Source: an uncultured Collinsella sp. (GTDB taxonomy: Bacteria; Actinomycetota; Coriobacteriia; Coriobacteriales; Coriobacteriaceae). From it: 64,000 nt of DNA. Shown piece by piece: positions 60,533-64,000 of this stretch (position 1 is its first letter; each line of letters starts with the position of its first letter). The stretch is from positions 176 to 64,175 of the forward strand of contig UQOJ01000005.1 of NCBI GenBank assembly GCA_900542635.1, read 5' to 3'. The position numbers and the translations under genes are program-made. The notes beneath the pieces were generated by a model. The model saw only the letters and a program-made list of their open reading frames with translations. It ran no database searches and was not told the origin of the DNA.

Positions 60533-61294
60533 ATGGATCAGATTTACGACAACAGGTACTATTCCGCCGGTTCGCGTGAGCCGTCGCCTCGCCGTGCGCG
60601 CACGGTGCAGCTCGGTGGGTCCGCCTACGCCGGCGCCGACCGCTCCATGCAGCGCCCGACAAGTACCTCGCGCCCCAATGCTCAAGTGAATACTTCGACA
60701 GATGGACCAGTGCGCCCGGCACGTTCGTCGCATGCTCAGCGCTCGTCGGCTCAAACGCACGATAGGTCGAGCAGGCCCTCGAACCGTTTTTCGGGCTCGG
60801 ACTTTATGCACTACGCCAACGACAACGCGGTGGTCAAGGCGATCTACGACTTTACCCACGGTCCTCAGCGAGGGCTATTCATCGGCATCGTCGTTGCCCT
60901 GGTGCTCGTGAGCCTGTATTTCCCCGTGCGCGACCTGTACGTGGCAAAGCGTTCGAGCGATATTTTGGCTAAGCAGGTCGAGATTCGCCAGCAATACAAT
61001 GATGAGCTGCAAAAAAGCGTCGACAAGCTGCTCTCGGAGGAGGGCATTAAGGATGCGGCGTCCGAGGATCTGGGCCTGGTGATGCCCGGCGAGAAGAGGA
61101 TTGAAGTGCAGGGCCTGGACGACGATTCGGATTCGTCTTCGAGCAAGAAGTCGTCGAACGCCAAGAAGGCCAGCGAAGTTGCCAAGGAAATCGAAGAAGT
61201 CGGTAAGGACGCCCCGTGGTACATCCAGGCGCTCGACATGCTGTTTGGGTTTAACGGTGTCGAGGGCCAGACGGTCGTGTCCAACGGCAAATAG
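60533..61294 (+). CDS. FtsB/DivIC-like septum formation initiator with disordered N-terminus
   Basis: Single TM (LFIGIVVALVLVSLYF) followed by the coiled segment RDLYVAKRSSDILAKQVEIRQQYNDELQKSVDKL. Confidence 0.65.
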   Translation: MDQIYDNRYYSAGSREPSPRRARTVQLGGSAYAGADRSMQRPTSTSRPNAQVNTSTDGPVRPARSSHAQRSSAQTHDRSSRPSNRFSGSDFMHYANDNAVVKAIYDFTHGPQRGLFIGIVVALVLVSLYFPVRDLYVAKRSSDILAKQVEIRQQYNDELQKSVDKLLSEEGIKDAASEDLGLVMPGEKRIEVQGLDDDSDSSSSKKSSNAKKASEVAKEIEEVGKDAPWYIQALDMLFGFNGVEGQTVVSNGK

Positions 61295-61314
61295 CGCCCG
61301 GAGGGGAGCCCGCA

Positions 61315-62316
61315 ATGGCAGATTGCAAACGATATAAGGTGGCGGCGATCGATCTGGGAACGGTGTCGTCGCGACTGGTGCTGGCGCAGGTCGAGGGCGG
61401 GGCGATCGTGGAATCGTCCAAGCATACCGAGATTACCGACCTGGGCGAGGGTGTGGACGCGACGGGTCGCTTTTGCGAGGCGGCGGTCGAGCGCGTGCTC
61501 GCTGCATGCCGCATGTTTGTGGACGAGGCGCGTGCCTTTGGGGCCGCGTGCATTTGCACCACATGCACGAGCGCCGCGCGCGATGCATCCAATGCCGCAC
61601 TGCTGCTGGACGGTCTGCGTGAGCTGGGGCTCGAACCGCAGGTGATTCCGGGCGAGGTCGAGGCGCGCCTGACGTTTTTTGGCGTGGCGCACGACTTTGC
61701 CGGCGAGCGCATCATTGTTGCCGATTCGGGCGGCGGATCCACGGAGCTCGCGACGGGCGTCTATGCGCCGGAGCGTGGGGTCTTTGCGCTGGAGGGCACG
61801 CGTTCGCTGGACATCGGTTGTCGCCGTGTGACGGAGCGATTTTTCTCGGCACTGCCGTCCGCACGCGGCGAGCTTACTGCCGCTGCCGCGTGGGCGGGCG
61901 AGCAGTTCGCTGCCTATTTTGAGGGCCTGCCGAGCAATTTTGAGCGCGCCGAACGCTTGGTCGCAGTGGGTGGCACCGTCACCACACTCGTGGCGCTCGT
62001 TCATGAGCTGGAACCGTACGATTCGAGCTTTGTGCACCTGCGCGAGCTTTCGCTGGATCAGGTTTCGGCCGCTATCGAGCGCATGTCTGCGTTGGATGCG
62101 GACGGCATCGCCGCTCTACCGGGTGTACAGCCCAAACGCGCGGGCGTGATCTTGGCTGGTGCCGTGGTAATCCGCGAGCTCATGCGCGCCGGTGGCTACA
62201 AGACGCTCACTGTAAGCGAGAACAGCCTACTCGCCGGTATGGCCGCCACCATCAACGAGACTCTCGACGGCACAACCCCCACCATCGCCTGGACCCCGAG
62301 CCTGAGTGCTCTTTAA
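61315..62316 (+). CDS. ppx: Ppx/GppA-family phosphatase
   Basis: AAIDLGTVSSRLVLA, ADSGGGSTEL, GGTVTTL (ASKHA fold motifs). Confidence 0.85.
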   Translation: MADCKRYKVAAIDLGTVSSRLVLAQVEGGAIVESSKHTEITDLGEGVDATGRFCEAAVERVLAACRMFVDEARAFGAACICTTCTSAARDASNAALLLDGLRELGLEPQVIPGEVEARLTFFGVAHDFAGERIIVADSGGGSTELATGVYAPERGVFALEGTRSLDIGCRRVTERFFSALPSARGELTAAAAWAGEQFAAYFEGLPSNFERAERLVAVGGTVTTLVALVHELEPYDSSFVHLRELSLDQVSAAIERMSALDADGIAALPGVQPKRAGVILAGAVVIRELMRAGGYKTLTVSENSLLAGMAATINETLDGTTPTIAWTPSLSAL

Positions 62317-62324
62317 CCGTCTTC

Positions 62325-62401
62325 CTCTGAGTTGCGGTGAAATAGTTCCTAAATAAGCTGGTAAACGGTATAAACAGGATCTATTCCACCGCAACTTAGA
62401 G
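62325..62401. repeat. type D palindrome, copy 2
   Basis: CTCTGAGTTGCGGTGAAATAG ... CTATTCCACCGCAACTTAGAG. It has the same A-C mismatch position as copy 1. Confidence 0.8.
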
Positions 62402-62413
62402 CCCCGCCGGCGC

Positions 62414-62604
62414 GTAAAAGAAACGAGCCCGCATCCCTGGGGGACATGGGCCCGTAAAATCCAAATGGTAGGGGCGGTGGGACGTCTGCGTATTTGCTGC
62501 GCAAATACGCACCGGCTTCGGCCGCCTGTCGGCGCCCTCGCCGGCTCGCTTCGGACGCTGCGCGTCCGCTTAACGCTCGCCCCCTCGCGGGTTCGAGTCC
62601 CACC
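62414..62604. repeat. tRNA-Leu 3-prime-end-derived unit (degenerate copy of terminator + tRNA 3-prime end, GC-rich structured spacer, inverted T-arm copy)
   Basis: 62414-62483 resembles 62600-62678, including an exact TGGTAGGGGCGGTGGGAC. GGGTTCGAGTCCCACCG at 62588-62604 is the tRNA-Leu T-arm in inverted orientation. The spacer contains perfect hairpins GCGTATTTGC-TGC-GCAAATACGC and GGACGC-TGC-GCGTCC. Confidence 0.7.
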
Positions 62605-62618
62605 GGCATCTAAAAGAA

Positions 62619-62649
62619 GCGAGCCCGCATCCCTGAGGAACACGGGCTC
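62619..62649 (-). terminator. terminator hairpin downstream of tRNA-Leu
   Basis: CGAGCCCG-15 nt-CGGGCTCG, followed by CTTCTTTT on the minus strand. Confidence 0.65.
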
Positions 62650-62660
62650 GAAAGCTCCAT

Positions 62661-62745
62661 ATGGTAGGGGCGGTGGGACTCGAACCCACAATCCTTGCGG
62701 CGAGAGATTTTAAGTCTCCTGCGTATGCCAATTCCGCCACGCCCC
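62661..62745 (-). tRNA. tRNA-Leu (anticodon TAA), CCA encoded
   Basis: Reverse complement GGGGGCG...GGAGA-CTTAAAA-TCTCT...long variable arm...GTGGG-TTCGAGT-CCCAC-CGCCCCT-ACCA. Confidence 0.9.
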
Positions 62746-62777
62746 CGTGAGACTAGAAGTCTAGCACAAGCCGTCCG

Positions 62778-63401
62778 TTACGCGTTGACGGCCATCGAGT
62801 GTTGGCCCGACTTCTCCAGGAACTCTTGGAACTTTGCCTCGTCGCCCTTGTTTTGATACTGCAGGGCCAGCAGGTACTCCAGTCGGCAGCGCTTGACCGG
62901 GTCGTCGCCGACATCCTCGAGCATGCGCTCCAGCTCGGGAATGTCGTTGTGGCGCTTGAGGATCATCGTGTCGTACATCAGTTGGCATTCGTGCGCGACT
63001 GCCTCGGCCTGACCGCCCTCAAAGCCCTTGATCTCGTGCAACAGCTCTTTGGACTTTTTGCGGTCCTCCTGGCCAACATAGTAGTTAAAGGCTTTGATCA
63101 CCAGGTCGACGCGCTGCATCTTGGGGAGGTTGAGCCCCAGCAGCAGATCGAACATCTCGCTGGCACGCTCGTGGTCCTCGCGCAGCAGATAGGAGTTCAG
63201 GCGCAGGTAGTCGCGGTTGTAGCGTGGGTACAGCATGCTGGTGAGTTTGCCGTCGAGCAAACGATCGAACTCGTCCCACTGCTTGGCGGCCATCAATTGC
63301 TGCAGGCGTTTAAACGTGGTGCGTTTTTTGACGCTAAAGAACACCGACACGGCGATGCAGATGATAACGACGGCGGTCCAGAGGGTGCGGGAATCGGGCA
63401 T
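62778..63401 (-). CDS. hypothetical membrane-anchored helical-repeat protein
   Basis: N-terminal TM (LWTAVVIICIAVSVFF) followed by a helical, TPR-like region; no family recognised. Confidence 0.55.
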   Translation of the reverse strand: MPDSRTLWTAVVIICIAVSVFFSVKKRTTFKRLQQLMAAKQWDEFDRLLDGKLTSMLYPRYNRDYLRLNSYLLREDHERASEMFDLLLGLNLPKMQRVDLVIKAFNYYVGQEDRKKSKELLHEIKGFEGGQAEAVAHECQLMYDTMILKRHNDIPELERMLEDVGDDPVKRCRLEYLLALQYQNKGDEAKFQEFLEKSGQHSMAVNA

Positions 63402-63564
63402 ATTAGGGTCCTTAGTCGCTCATAAAGCGAGCGGTATGACAACACGTACTAGATGTATTATACGCAGCGCGCAAGCAAACTGGCATAAAAGCTCATCGAG
63501 GCTGAGTGCCATCGCTCGCTGCGGTACACTTACCTAAAGTAAACCACGAAGGGAGACATTACCT

Positions 63565-63852
63565 ATGAAGAAGATCGTTTTGGCTTGCGGTGCTGGCGCT
63601 GCTACTTCCACGCTCGTTGCCCAGAAGGTCGCTACCCTGCTCGACGCCAACGGTTACGCCGACAAGTACGAGATCGTGCAGTGCGCCATCTCCGAGGCCA
63701 AGGACTACTGCGACGAGGGCGCCGACCTGCTGATCGCCACCACCGTTGCCCCCGAAGGCCTCACCTGCCCGTACGTGAGCGGCGTGCCCTTCATGACCGG
63801 CATGAACCGCGTCGCTGCCGAGAAGGCCGTTCTCGACGTCATGGCTCAGTAG
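63565..63852 (+). CDS. PTS EIIB component (galactitol/ascorbate-type PTS_IIB)
   Basis: KKIVLACGAGAATST N-terminal Cys motif; 95 aa. Confidence 0.8.
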   Translation: MKKIVLACGAGAATSTLVAQKVATLLDANGYADKYEIVQCAISEAKDYCDEGADLLIATTVAPEGLTCPYVSGVPFMTGMNRVAAEKAVLDVMAQ

Positions 63853-63863
63853 GCACTGCCTGT

Positions 63864-64000
63864 ATGAGTGAGCAGAACGTCAACCCGGTCGAGCTCTTTG
63901 GCATGCGCGTTGCCCATGTGGGCATTAACGCCGCCGACCCGGCAGACGCCCTGGAGATCGCGGAGCTGTTCTCGACGATGATGGGCCTGCCTGTTATCGA
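63864..64000 (+). CDS. partial CDS running off the window (function unknown, possibly VOC/glyoxalase-like)
   Basis: The ATG at 63864 opens a frame (MSEQNVNPVELFGMRVAHVGINAADPADALEIAELF...) with no stop before the window end. It is not in the ORF track because it is truncated. Confidence 0.45.
   Translation, partial: MSEQNVNPVELFGMRVAHVGINAADPADALEIAELFSTMMGLPVI

Overview
GC-rich actinobacterial-type chromosome segment. Gene content (phosphoketolase, many fused housekeeping genes, sugar PTS/ABC loci) suggests a Coriobacteriia-like gut organism, but this is inference and was not verified. Order of content: 3-prime part of an rRNA operon (spacer, 23S, 5S, terminator); acpS-nnr-alr-udg-tsaE and a tsaB-rimI-tsaD single-ORF fusion; cstA behind a long structured leader; an orphan 753-aa protein with a Toprim/DUF2220-like C-terminus; tRNA-Gln; a peptidoglycan-binding protein; a polyprenyl synthase; an alpha-glucan block (PTS EIICB-HAD fusion, GntR regulator, sugar ABC transporter, glgP, malQ, galE); a secreted coiled-coil hydrolase-like protein; murB; a LacI regulator plus phosphoketolase; a fructoselysine-like (Amadori) mannose-family PTS locus with two GntR regulators; a complete his operon starting with a hisZ-hisG fusion; a PHP histidinol phosphatase; a larC C-terminal fragment; yfcE-like; mazG; eno; ftsB-like; ppx; tRNA-Leu; a PTS EIIB. 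No transposase, integrase, CRISPR array, cas gene or recognisable defence operon was seen. The most unusual signals are: (1) two ORF-exact, identical copies of a SIS-domain gene with almost pure G/C third positions, bracketing the PTS cassette; (2) a repeat family with a conserved ~70-nt core and locus-specific perfect inverted arms, placed just after stop codons; (3) related long hairpins after xfp; (4) structured units built from tRNA 3-prime ends beside both tRNA genes; (5) a terminator-containing leader with an Ile/Val-rich mini-ORF upstream of cstA; (6) several uncommon gene fusions. All coordinates of non-coding elements were counted by hand and may be off by a few nt. Many long ORFs in the track are antisense artefacts of high GC.
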